Assembly (NCBI GenBank): GCA_951406725.2
Contig: OX597834.1
Span: 40,796,001-40,860,000, forward strand
Length of the DNA stretch: 64,000 nt
Source: Octopus vulgaris
Lineage: Eukaryota
Direction: 5' to 3'
Under the pieces are notes generated by a model. That model searched no databases, was not told the DNA's origin, and worked only from the letters and a program-made list of their open reading frames with translations. Position numbers and translations under genes: made by a program. Positions 51,095 to 63,120 of this stretch are shown one piece after another; positions within the stretch are counted from its first letter, which is position 1, and every line of letters starts with the position of its first letter.

Positions 51095-51682
51095 TTTCCA
51101 TAATTTTTCTTCTCTCACTTGAGATATACGGATATTTTCCTTGTGTTTTTATACTTTATTTTAACAATTTCTTCTGCTATAGTTCGATCAACTGTGACTT
51201 CTATCAACAACTCCTTTGTAAATTTATGTAAGTTGAATTAGAATACAGATTCATCTTATACACATTCCAAACAGTGAAACATAAATTTTGCTGCTAATCT
51301 CACAGTAATTCCTTCATATCTTTATAAACACAGAGTTATATCTGTTCTGTGTGATATTTTTTTTCCTTTAAAAGATGAAAAATGATGATAGATCTGAAAA
51401 AAAAGAGAAACCATATAAAATATGAAGTATATACAAAAATAAGAGATCCAAACACTGATAATGTATAGATATAAACCTTTACATGGATAATTAAATTTTA
51501 CATTGAAAGTTGGTCTAAATATTACATCAAACAACTGAGTGGACAGAATACATATTTTCAAATTACAGTTACTCCACCTGATAATGTAATACTGGTTTCA
51601 AATTTTGGCACAAGACCAGCAATTTCCGGGGAGGAGGTAAACCGATTACATTGACTCCAGTGCTCAACTGGTACTTATTTTA

Positions 51683-51789
51683 TCTGTATTATGTATATTC
51701 ATGTCCCAGTTTGTCTAACGTTAAGGCCTAAATTCCCCAACTCTATGAAATTTGCTTAACCCTTGGGACATGAATAGACATAATACAGA
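51683..51789. repeat. Inverted repeat with about 26-bp arms
   Basis: TCTGTATTATGTATATTCATGTCCCA and TGGGACATGAATAGACATAATACAGA. Confidence 0.85.
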
Positions 51790-53043
51790 AATTAAGTTTT
51801 TTAATAGAAATTCTTAATTTCTATGGCTTTCGCATCATCATTATTATAAGATGTGGTAGGAAATCAATTTTCACCCATGTCTAATATTTGAAAAAAATTT
51901 TTATCGGGGTGGGTACGAAAGGAAGTCTTCCCTTGATTGCTTTACGATACAAAGGTCCTACTTTTAGTTTGTAAACATAAACATGAAAGACTGACATATT
52001 GAAAAAGATCATTCAGTAAATTATCAGAACCAAATATCTCAAGTAAGATGCATTCAATAAGCGACATCTCTCTAAAGACTTCGCTGTTCAACAAAACTCT
52101 TTCAGAAAATTCTCCAGACAAAAATTAGTATTCAAGCAAAACCATTCTACTGTAGAATAATAAAAGTTGTGATGACTCAATCTTTTACTTTTTTGCCTGT
52201 GTGTGTGTAATTAGTTCGTTTTTCTTCCTATGCACATTTTAAAACTAACTTTTAAAGTACTTGCAGTTCGCATTTAGAAATGTTTAAATAAAAAAAAGAA
52301 CCATATGCTTAACAAGAACTGTAGTTTGGGACACAATGTATTAAGAATATCAAAATAGATAAATGTTTAATATCTTATGAGGGCAAGTAGCGAAAGTTTT
52401 AGAATTATTTACCTATGTTCGACTGAAATTTAGAGTTTATGTGTTAGAAGATAATTGATGATTAAGGTATTAAAATGATATGAAATGCAAACCAACAAGG
52501 TTAAACAAACGATCGATTATAATATTTATCGATGGATAGATATTTAACTGAATAATAATAAAGGATTGCAATTGAACCAGTGTGTGTGTTGTTATTATTA
52601 TTGGAGTAATAATAACTCTCCCTAGATTCAGCAAAATTCGTTTCAATATACGAATTCACATTCTGTCTTGCAAACCAAATACAAAACCGAAGGATAATAT
52701 CTCTTTTGTCGTCGATATTAAAATTTAGAAAAAATCGTGGAAAATCGAATTCTGTCGTCGACGGGAAAACGAAACAATGAAAATAAGGAAGTCGGATTTA
52801 TTAGTTTTGCCAAAATTTCTTCTTCTTTGCTTTCTTTACTTCGTCTCATTGAGCAAACGAAAACAAATGGTTGCAATGTCAAATGAGACGAATAGAGTTC
52901 AGGTGATTATATTAAATGATAATACTTACAGAAATTAACGAAGAAAAAGTCACAATATGTCTAAGTAGGTCAGAATTGAAGTCTGGAGTAGACGACGTCA
53001 GTTTCAAGGAAACTTGTAGATTTTACAACACATGTTGACTTAC

Positions 53044-53218
53044 ATCTTTCAATTCAACAGAATAACGAATGCAGTAGCTATGTCTTTACGCAATTAATTA
53101 CCAATCATCTGCACTTAATTCGGTGTCGATGTTAATTAGAGCTGACAAGGTGCTTGCACCAGATGTCATTCAAACAATGAAAACGGACATTTGTCAATTT
53201 CTGTCAAGGGAAGTAACT
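53044..53218 (-). promoter_or_regulatory. Putative promoter and exon 1 of ZNF-H
   Basis: GAT|GTAAGT donor at 53044/53043 (alternative at 52929); AGTTACTTCCCTT (minus) at 53206-53218. Confidence 0.45.
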
Positions 53219-54099
53219 CTATCTTTTTTTTAAAGCTTATCCTTGGGTTTCTGTTTCATGAAAATCTTTTATCTTTTACTTGTTTCACTCATTAGACTGA
53301 TGCCATGCTGGAGCACAGCCTTGAAAAGCTTAGTCGAACAAGTCGATTGCAGTACTTTTTTTTTCTAGGCTTGGTACTTATTCAATCTGCGGCTGAGGTA
53401 AAGAATACGCACACCACCCAAGGGCCTGGGAGCAGCAAGGTGCACTTGCAACCCTTGGAATTTTCATGTGGTGCAAGATCAAAATCTGCACCCCCTACAT
53501 AATTTTACCAGTTTCAGAAAATAGTGTCTAAAAAATTATCTGTATAAGATGCTTGAAGCTAGATTTCGTTTCAAAGCAAAATCAAAGAGCAGAAATAAAT
53601 AAATAAAAGTGACGAAGCTGGTTAGTCATAAATTCCCAAGGGAATTTTATGACTAACCAACTTCTGACGCAAAGAAGCGTCAATATAAAAAGTATGTGAC
53701 AACAACAACAGTAGCAGCAAACAACAAGAACAACAACATGACCAGCATCTGCAGCTACTCTTCATAGCATTACTTGGATTTTTGAAGACAGTTCTATTCT
53801 GACAAAAATAACTCCGAAATCTTGCAATGCTGAAAATGTGTGAAGGTTCTTTGTCCTCTCTCAGTCCTTTGTAGTTGATGTCGCTAAAGACTGACGACAT
53901 GGGTGAATGGATTCGACTATTTGACCTCAGCCTTAAAATAAAAGCCCTTTTAAAATTCTTTCAGTCATATCGGGTTTTTCTCATTTAGGTTGTTAGGTCC
54001 AAAGTTCGACAAGGGAACAAAATGATTTATTTTTATCTTTGATATTTATTGCTCATTCGAAATACTAGTCCAGTTTAATAAAAAAAAAAAAAGATTTTG

Positions 54100-54690
54100 A
54101 AAGGAAACATTTAACTATAAATGATTGCAGACCAGCCCCCAAATTACCTAATTTGCGAAGAAATGTATTCGATAATTTCAGACTGATCTATATAAAAAGG
54201 AAATTATATTAAAAGCATTACCTACCGTCATCCTGATGTGGTTGACCACGAAGATCACTTCAGAGGTGCTTTTTTTCACTCATAAGTCTAACCCTAGCTG
54301 AAGCCATCACACGGGCTAATATACTTTTAACAGGGGTTTTTAATTTTACTAATCTTAGCAGGTCTGAGGATTATATCCAGCCTGGAACTAAGCAACTGAA
54401 GTGGAGGCATACGAACGCTTTCCTTGATATAACAAAAGTCTTTCCCATACAACAAATCATTACTCGTCCAATTAAGGGAAAATAATATACTCGACTTTGT
54501 TCTTCATTCACAATGTTCAGGTCCTTCTCACAGCTATTTCCAACCAAAGCATTACACAATTATCTGTATATGGTACAAAGATATATCCGACTCACAGCAT
54601 GGATTTCTACCCCAAAGATTTTGCCTAAAAAATTTTCTCCTTCTTGAAGAATGGATTACAAGGACCATGGATGAAAAAGACTCGGTGGAC
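54100..54690 (+). mobile_element. Decayed LINE APE-endonuclease fragment
   Basis: ILLTG.FN-like and QQIITRPI..NNILD-like motifs across frameshifts. Confidence 0.5.
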
Positions 54691-54703
54691 GAGAATGTGA
54701 CAC

Positions 54704-54792
54704 TTCCTGGAAAGTTCCTAGGATAAGTCTTCCCGGAAAATTCCGAGGACTTCCTGGAACGTTCCGAGGATGCATTTTCCTGGAAAGTTCGA
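54704..54792. repeat. Four tandem TTCCYGGAA-NNTTC units
   Basis: Copies start at 54704, 54730, 54751 and 54777. Confidence 0.85.
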
Positions 54793-55047
54793 AGGGTGAG
54801 ACTTCCACTCCCCTCTATCTACCTCTCTGCTTCTTTTCTCTCTTTACTGCCTTCCATTTCTTCCTTGGACCATCTCTGTCAACTACCTACTGTCTATCTT
54901 TATTCCCTTATTTCTCCGCACTCTCTCTTTCTTCCTACTTACTCTTCCCTAACCTTCTCTACTCTCTTTCTTCACTTTTTGGAACCAAAAGACAATCCAA
55001 TGTTTTATCACTCATCGTTTTTCTTCTTGACCAGTGCATTGGTAAGA

Positions 55048-55235
55048 CATCATCGTTTAATGTCCGTTTTCCATGCTGGTATAGGTTGAACGGTTCGACC
55101 GGGGATCTGCGAAGCCAGGAGGCTGCACCAGGCTCCAGTCTGATCTGGCAGTGTTTCTACAGATGGATGCCCTTCCTAAGGCCAACCACTCTGAAAGTGT
55201 AGTGGGTGCTTTTTTTACGTGCCACTGGCACAGGG
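55048..55235 (-). mobile_element. RTE-type LINE 3' end
   Basis: Family match. Confidence 0.75.
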
Positions 55236-55539
55236 GCCAATCTCCTGCCTAGTACTCATTTTAGATCCCCAGTTTATCTTTACACTTTTCTTTCCTTCTA
55301 ACTTCCTTCCCTCTACCCCATCTCTCTATCCTTCTCATTGTACCTTTGGAACACAAGCACCACTATTTTCTTCCTTTTTTTTTGTTAGATTTTGTCATGT
55401 AGTGTCCCACATTTTGAAATACTTGTATTTTTACTGCTTATGTTAGCTCTGCTTGATACATTTCCAAAATTAAACATTTTAATATGCAAAATATACTTCA
55501 CATTATTACATATACTATGCATTAATGCAAAAAATATTG

Positions 55540-56027
55540 TTTATTGGCTATCTTCAAAATGATCACACCATCAATGGAGGATTTTAATGCCAACTTCCTA
55601 AGGCAGTTATGAAAGGCTATTAAGACCAAACACCCAAAAAATCTGATGAATGAGGTCTTGTTTCATTAGGACAATGCTTCAGCATACAAGTCATTGGTTT
55701 CAATGGCTGCTGTGTGTGACTGGCTTTGAACTGGTTGATCATCCTCCCTATATTAGTAATTTGGTTCCTTCTGGTTATCATCTGTTTCCCAACATAGAAA
55801 AACACTTAGCTGAGCACCAGTATCACTATGATGAGAACATCTTATCTGTTGTTGATGACCATTTTGATCAACAGAAAAGCTTCTTCACCAGTGCGACACA
55901 AGCACTGCAACTACTTATGGAAGTGTGTGGACAGTAAGAGGAACTATGTCAGAAAATGAACTTCATTTGGTCACATTCCATTGAGAGTGTCTTGCTCAGA
56001 TTATGAACATTTCAGCCGACCCTCATA
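55540..56027 (+). mobile_element. Mariner relic (3' half plus TIR)
   Basis: GFELVDHPPY.S.L.PS.YHLFP motif (YSPDLAP-like); ends in TTTCAGCCGACCCTCATA. Confidence 0.8.
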
Positions 56028-56764
56028 ATAATAAAAATTATTATTATACCAGCATTTGTTTTAATGCTGGTATAATAAAATCCACATCTTTCATAAAAAA
56101 ATTAGGACCTGGGTTTGCACCCCCTTAGCAAATTTTGTTGCTGGGACACTGCTTCAGACCCTCGATTTAAATCTTTCCCTTTCCATTCTGTGTTTTCTTT
56201 CCTTCTTTAATACATTTTATCCCATCTTTTTATCCTTATCCTGAGTTCTTTTGGATATAGTTCCCTTATCATATCTTAAAGTTGCAGTATAGGCAAAAAA
56301 GGCCATAAACATTGACAACTTTCATCTCTTATCTTGTCCTAATTCTGTCCTATTATCGAAAGGCCTCTTGTGTATATATAAAATAACACCTGTGCTATGT
56401 TTATGTTTCCGATACTGTCCGTTTTTCCTGTGTATATATGTATGTGTGCGTTTGTATATATATGTGGGTGTGTGTGTGTATGTGTATATATATATATGTA
56501 TGTGTGGCATCTCCACTGACCATGGTAAACCAATCAGAATTGAGTGGAAGTAGGTTATATTTGGGGAGCCTTTTCTGACCTCTTTCTCATGAGGTGAGAA
56601 AATGCTATCCATAAAAATGGGGCTCATTTTATTTAGGTGTTGCATTAATCTGCTTTTGCAGAGAAGTAGTGGAAGATCAGGGCCATCAGCTGTGCAGATT
56701 TGTGAAAAGTAAAAATTTTGCATTATGTAGCATGTTATTCTCTTTAAGTGAACATTTTTCTGGT

Positions 56765-57031
56765 TGAAATACACCGAAAACTGGCGACACAGCAGTCAAA
56801 AAATAGGGATTTTTCATAGAAAAAAAAGCACCTTTTTGATGTAAATAATTTTTGGTGTTAACATGGTCCGATTTGAATTTTTTTCTTCTACGGAAGGAAG
56901 AGCAAGCCTTCTTCTATCATACTCTCAATTTTGGTCAACTTGTGCCGCAGGGTCACGGAGGAGATAGTGTTAGTTGAAGGCTACCAAACCTGCCATACAC
57001 AGACAACTTCAGCTTTATATAAATACATAGA
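56765..57031 (-). mobile_element. Non-autonomous Helitron-like 5' portion
   Basis: Minus strand begins A|TCTATGTATTTATATAAAGCTGAAGTTGTCTGTG, resembling invertebrate Helitron 5' ends. Confidence 0.5.
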
Positions 57032-57649
57032 TATGTAGCAGATTTCAGCCAGGTCAGCTTCAGTTATGCTATGTTTGCTTGGCAGCTTCAATGCCAGAGG
57101 CTTTGAAATAAGGCAGAGCAACATAGCTTCATGTTATTGGCCCTGTGGGATGGGTTCTTGTAATGGCAACCGACTCCTTTTAAAGAAATATGCTGAACAC
57201 CGTTTTTTTATAACCAAACATAAACTTTTGCATTCTAGCAAAATGCAGAACATCTTCGATACAAACTTGCAACAAACACTGGAAACTTCAGGACTATCAC
57301 TGACCATCGGCTCATTGCAACAAGGAAACTTAGAAATACTTCTATCTATTTATATATTAATAAAAAAAATACACAGGAAGTTGGAAATAATATATGTGCT
57401 TTCGAAATGTGTAGTTGAAACAGGGACAACTGAAGAAGGGGAATATTCTTTATGTCTCGTTTCTCTGTTTGATATTTTTTCGTTGTTAGAATAAAAGTTT
57501 GTTTCTATGTTTTCGTTTCTTATTGTGTTCAACAGTTTTTTTATGTCCTGTACCCATATATGCATGTATATATGCATATATATGTAGGTATGCACATATA
57601 TGTATGTATATGTGCATATATTTATATATTATTTATGATGTGTGAAGAA

Positions 57650-58010
57650 GTGCCACTCCCAAACTGTTGAAGGAATCCGAGGTAGAGGTAGACCCAGGAA
57701 GACATGGGACGAGGTGGTCAAGCATGACCTCCGTACGTTGGGCCTCACAGAGACTACGACGAAAGACTGAGACCTCTGGAGATATGCTGTGACTTGCAGT
57801 TTTTTCAAATGTTTCTGGCGGAATCTTTGTCACTCTCAGGTTAGCTTTGACCTTGTCTTCATATCTTAGCCATGGTCTTCCTATGCTTATCCTTCCATCA
57901 TGGAGCTGGCTTTGAATTAGGACTTTTGGAATTCTGTTGTCATTCTGATGACTTAACCAATCTATTTTCATTGGGATTGCAAGGGACATAGGACGGTGGG
58001 GTGACAAGAT
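57650..58010. mobile_element. Two abutting RTE-type LINE fragments in opposite orientations
   Basis: + strand RGRGRPRKTWDEVV; minus strand DNRIPK.L....L..G....GRP.LRY.D. Confidence 0.7.
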
Positions 58011-58013
58011 CAT

Positions 58014-59222
58014 AGGCTGACTATGAAGTAGGCTAGATCTGCTGTGAAATTTTGCATGTATTAATTTCAGCTCTTCTTCTTAGTGTGCTGGTTTGTTCCA
58101 AGGAAACTGACATCTGACTGTTCAAAGAAGACTTCAAAAGTAACTAATAGCAACTTCTCTTGAAAATAGACAAAATTTGGCATCATGGAGTTATCAAGTA
58201 CCTGCAGAAAAAGGGCTTGGCCCCCTAGGACATTCATGCTGACATGATTGCTACATTAGGGGATGATGCTCCAGCTTTATCAACAGTGCAAAAGTGAGAA
58301 GCTGAATTTAGGAGGGGAAGAGAGAATTTTGAAGATGACCCAAGGTCTGAACATCCTGAGGCTTCCACCACTGAGGAAAAAATTGTGTTCACTATATGGT
58401 GATGGATGACAGGAGATTGACTAGAAATCAAATAGCCAATGTCATTAGCATATCTCATGAGAGAGTTGAGAATATTCTGCACAATGAAGTCTGTATGATG
58501 AAGGTTTCTGCTTGGCGGGTGCCATGTCTTCTGACACCTGATCAAAAGTGCAGCAGGTTGATCACATCACAGAAAAATCTGATATTGTTTGAGGCAGATC
58601 CAGCTGGCTTCGTTGAACGTTTCCTAACCCAGGATGAGTGTTAGTTTCATCACATTGAACCAAAGGCAAAAAGACAATCCATGCAGTGGAAAGAAGCCTC
58701 CTCACTTCCTCCAAAGAAAGCTAAGTTCGTTTCATCTGCAGGAAAGGTGATGGCCTCAGTTTTTTGGGATGCAAAAGGCATTATGTTTATTGACAATCAT
58801 CAAAAGTGCCACAGCATCAATAGAGAGTACTATGCCAAATTGCTGAGGCAGATATGAAAGGCTATCAAGACCAAATGACCAGGAAAACTGACAAAAGCTC
58901 CTAAGTTCTTCATTTCAATGTCTTTGTGATTGAAGCTTTGAACAGGTTGACCACCCTCTCCATTTGGCCCCATCTGGCTATCAACAATTTTCCCGACATA
59001 AAGAAAACCACTTGGTTGTGAACCAGTATTGCAGTGATGATATCATTTCTGCTGTTGTCCTACAGGATGAAAGCTTCCTCGCAAATGGGATCCAAGGACT
59101 GCAATACCAATGGAAGAAGCGTGTGGATCACAAGAGGGACTATGTTGAAAAATAAACTTCATTTGGTCACAATCCATGAGAGTATCTTGATCAGCCTACA
59201 AACTTTTCAGTCAAATCTTGTA
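58014..59222 (+). mobile_element. Near full-length decayed mariner element
   Basis: HTH region, KVSAWRVP.LLT (WVPRLL-like), TQDE.W, SAGKVMASVFWD motifs with stops and frameshifts; TIR-like ends. Confidence 0.9.
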
Positions 59223-59548
59223 CAATTCCAAAATATATTGACTGCATTTCTCCAGGGCCAATCCAGCCCTACCTCCCACTTCACATAGTCTCCATTCCTC
59301 TCTTGCCCTTTAAATCACCTTCCCATTTTGTGTCCCTCTCTCTAAAATAATAAAACACGGGTTCAAATCTGCATACAATCAATGAACATCTCAACAACAT
59401 CTTGTAGTTATCTGCCATCTTGATATGAAGCTGGTATGATGCAGAGAGAGAGAAATAGAGAGCGGCAGAGTGTGACAGAGAGAGAGAAAAAGCTAAATCC
59501 ATCAGACACTGCAAGTTCCTCCATACTCAAGACGACCAAAGAGGAAAC

Positions 59549-59780
59549 TCTCTCTCTCTCTCATCCATCCATGATGTTTCTACTCTCTCTCGCTCTTTCT
59601 CTCTCTCATCCATCCATGATGTTTCTACTCTCTCTCGCTCTTTCTCTCTCTCATCCATCCATGATGTTTCTACTCTCTCTCTCGCTCTTTCTCTCTCTCT
59701 CTCATCCATCCATGATGTTTCTACTCTCTCTCTCTCTCTCGCTCTTTCTCTCTCTCTCTCTCTCATCCATCCATGATGTT

Positions 59781-59811
<31 letters not shown>

Positions 59812-59962
59812 ATCCATCCATGATGTTTCTACTCTCTCTCTCTCATCCATCCATGATGTTTCTACTCTCTCTCTCTCGCTCTTTCTCTCTCTCATCCATC
59901 CATGATGTTTCTACTCTCTCTCTCTCGCTCTTTCTCTCTCTCATCCATCCATGATGTTTCTA

Positions 59963-59997
<35 letters not shown>

Positions 59998-60360
59998 ATC
60001 CATCCATGATGTTTCTACTCTCTCTCTCTCTCGCTCTTTCTCTCTCTCATCCATCCATGATGTTTCTACTCTCTCTCTCTCATCCATCCATGATGTTTCT
60101 ACTCTCTCTCTCTCTCTCGCTCTTTCTCTCTCTCTCTCTCATCCATCCATGATGTTTCTACTCTCTCTCTCTCGCTCTTTCTCTCTCTCATCCATCCATG
60201 ATGTTTCTACTCTCTCTCTCTCGCTCTTTCTCTCTCTCTCTCTCATCCATCCATGATGTTTCTACTCTCTCTCTCTCGCTCTTTCTCTCTCTCATCCATC
60301 CATGATGTTTCTACTCTCTCTCTCTCGCTCTTTCTCTCTCATCCATCCATGATGTTTCTA

Positions 60361-60391
<31 letters not shown>

Positions 60392-60700
60392 CCTCTCTCT
60401 CATCCATCTATGATGTTTCTACTCTTTCTCTCTCTCATCCATCCATGATGTTTCTACTCTCTCTCTCTCTCTCTCATCCATCCATGATGTTTCTACTCTT
60501 TCTCTCTCTCCCTCTCTCTCATCCATCCATGATGTTTCTACTCTCTCTCTCTCTCTCTCATCCATCTATGATGTTTCTACTCTTTCTCTCTCTCCCTCTC
60601 TCTCATCCATCCATGATGTTTCTATTCTCTTTCTCTCTCTCATCCATCCATGATGTTTCTACTCTCTCTCTCGCTCGCTCTTTCTCTCTTTCTCTCTCTC
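59549..60700. repeat. Composite minisatellite: CATCCATCCATGATGTTTCTACT plus variable (CT)n, about 24 units
   Basis: Direct reading; explains the low-complexity ORFs at 59436-60744. Confidence 0.95.
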
Positions 60701-60839
60701 TACCTTTACCTGTAAAAATGAAATACATCGTCCAGGATGATTAAAGAAAGAAACGTGAATGAGAAGAAGAAAACAGCTGCAATTTAATCCCTAACGGAGA
60801 ACAGATCACTTTATACAACAAGATACAAGTTCCAGATCC

Positions 60840-60841
<2 letters not shown>

Positions 60842-60873
<32 letters not shown>
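60842..60873. repeat. (TG)n microsatellite
   Basis: Pure run. Confidence 0.95.
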
Positions 60874-60876
<3 letters not shown>

Positions 60877-60981
60877 ATGTGTGTGTGCGCACATGCGCAA
60901 ATGTGTGTGTGACAGATCTTGGGAGGAAATTAGGAGGGACTGCATAGATTATTAGTGTTCAGTCGAGTGCTGTTGTTGCGG

Positions 60982-61013
<32 letters not shown>

Positions 61014-61400
61014 AGAGATGTTTAACTGCTGGTTAGCCCTGGTTCAGCAGATATATGCCCAAAGACAATCCAGTTGTGACTATCCTGTCTTTTTTTTGTA
61101 TATTCACAACTATATTCTCCATTGTGTCTTTTTTCACCTTTATGTCTTTTTTTTTTTTTTGAAAATTTTGTAGGGTATTGATTTTGACAAATTCAGTTGC
61201 TATTTCTAGCAGGACAAGTGACCTCACAGAGGTTCCCTCAAGAAGTTTTGTTGTTGTTGTTATTGTTGTTTGTGGTGCTTGTGGTGTGGTGTGGTTGGAG
61301 TAGCTGATGCTATCTCCATGGAAACTGATGTGGGAAACAAAAGGTTTCCATTTTGGCTGGCAACAGCTGATAAAAATAATTGGTCAGAAAGAATATTCAA

Positions 61401-61457
61401 AATAATAATAATAATAATAATAATAATGATAATAATAATAATAATAATAATAATAAT
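61401..61457. repeat. (AAT)n microsatellite
   Basis: Nearly pure run. Confidence 0.95.
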
Positions 61458-62059
61458 GTTTTTTTTACATAGGCAGTTGGCCAGATAAACGTTTTGGTGG
61501 GAAGCAAGGAAGGAAGATTTAGTCTGTGAGATTGACACCCCCACCTTAAATGGCCACCAAATACTTGATTACTACTTATTATATTTTATTAATACCCCCA
61601 GAAGGACAAAAGTTAAAGTCGTCGACTTTGGTAAGATTTGAACTCAGATTATGAAGTGATGAAACTAAATGCATTTTTTGTCCAAACACTGCATCACTTT
61701 TGCCACTAGCGACCCAAAAATAACGACACAAACAAGAAAAACTAAAATAAAAACGAAAATAATAATAATAATAATAATAATAATAGTTTCTAATTTAGGC
61801 ACAGCAGTTTTGAGAGGAGGTGGTAGTACTTGACTAGTACACTATTTTATCAACCTATTAGGATGAAAAGCAAAGCTGACTTTGTCAGGAGTTAAGCTTA
61901 CAATGTAAAGAACCATAAATAAATATGGTCTGAATTTTCACTTTTTGCGTATTTTCTCCATCTTATAACTATTTGTATACTATATTAGATCAATGAATGC
62001 TCCTGGTATTAAAATAATCTTTCTCTTCATATGTATCAGCAGTTTTTATCAACTTTTAA

Positions 62060-62260
62060 CCCTTTTGTTACCCATGTTCCAGCTGATATACATCACCAGC
62101 GTTTCAATTATTTTTGGAAAAAATAACAAATTTAGTAAAAAAAAAAACTTTGTCATTATCTAATTAGTGTTTGAAACATAAATTTATATGGAAGTTTGAT
62201 GGGCGGTTTTAATTTAGATGACTTAAAGGATGGGACCTGAGATTTTCTTCTTAACAGGTT
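62060..62260. mobile_element. Decayed piggyBac-like MITE
   Basis: TTAA|CCCTTTTGTTAC start; internal homology to the 41885 family. Confidence 0.55.
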
Positions 62261-62496
62261 TTCCAACAAGAAATGCTCAAAGTTTCTCTAGAATCCTTTC
62301 CCAATTTAGAAATCTCAATGGAATTTTCTTTTACTAATATTCCCTTTTCTCTTTTTGTTCCTAATTCAAGTTTTCTATGGTTTTCTAGATTTTTGTGAAG
62401 CAAACCAAAATAAAATATGAAAGTGAGTGAAAAGAAAAAAGAATTTTAAAAGGGGAGGGGGAACAGAAGGGAGTTGGCAGTGGTTTTAATAATAAT

Positions 62497-62862
62497 AATA
62501 ATCCTTTCTACTAAAGGCACAAGGCCTCAACTTTGGGGGAAGGGGACTAGTCCATTACATCAATCCTGGTGTTTCCCTGATACTTAATTTATTGAGCCTG
62601 AAATGATGAAAGCAAAATCGACCTTGGCAGAATTTGAATTCAGAACATAAAGACAGATGAAAAGCTTAGCAGTGCTTCATCAAGCAAATAATAATAACGG
62701 TTTCAAATTTTGGCACAAGGACAAGCAATTTCAGAGCAAGGTACATATTTTATCGATCCTGAAAGGATGAAAGGCAAAGTCAACCTCAGTGGAATTTGAA
62801 CTCAGAACCTACAGACAGACGAAATGCCACTAAGTATTTTGCCTGGCATGCAACGATTCTGG
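62497..62862 (-). mobile_element. Two SINE family A-related copies
   Basis: GAAAGGATGAAAGGCAAAGTC..GGAATTTGAACTCAGAAC cores. Confidence 0.7.
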
Positions 62863-62877
62863 TATCTGAGATAGGAA

Positions 62878-63120
62878 CATCATCATCATCATCGTTTAAC
62901 GTCTGTTCTCCATGCTAGCATGGGTTGGACATTTCGACCGGGGATCTGGGAAGCCAGAAGGCTGCACCAGGCCCAGTCTGATCTGGTAGTGTTTCTACAG
63001 CTGGATGCTCTTCCTAACGCCAACCACTCCGAGAGTGTAGTGGGTGCTCGTGCCACCGGCACAGGTGCCGGACGAGACTGGCAGATGGCCACGATCGAAT
63101 GGTGCTTTTTACGTGCCAAT
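62878..63120 (-). mobile_element. RTE-type LINE 3' end
   Basis: Family match to the 18920 and 27410 copies. Confidence 0.8.

Noticed and set aside
59400-59430. YY1-like AAGATGGC and a possible minus-strand exon near the satellite
   Set aside because: Single short motif with no supporting gene structure.
59549-60700. CRISPR-like look of a constant 23-nt repeat with variable spacers
   Set aside because: Spacers are only (CT)n length variants, there are no cas genes, and the context is eukaryotic.
59436-60744. ORFs of 79-172 aa with repeated SHPSMMFLLSL or RERERE
   Set aside because: Translations of the CT-rich minisatellite; no evidence of coding.
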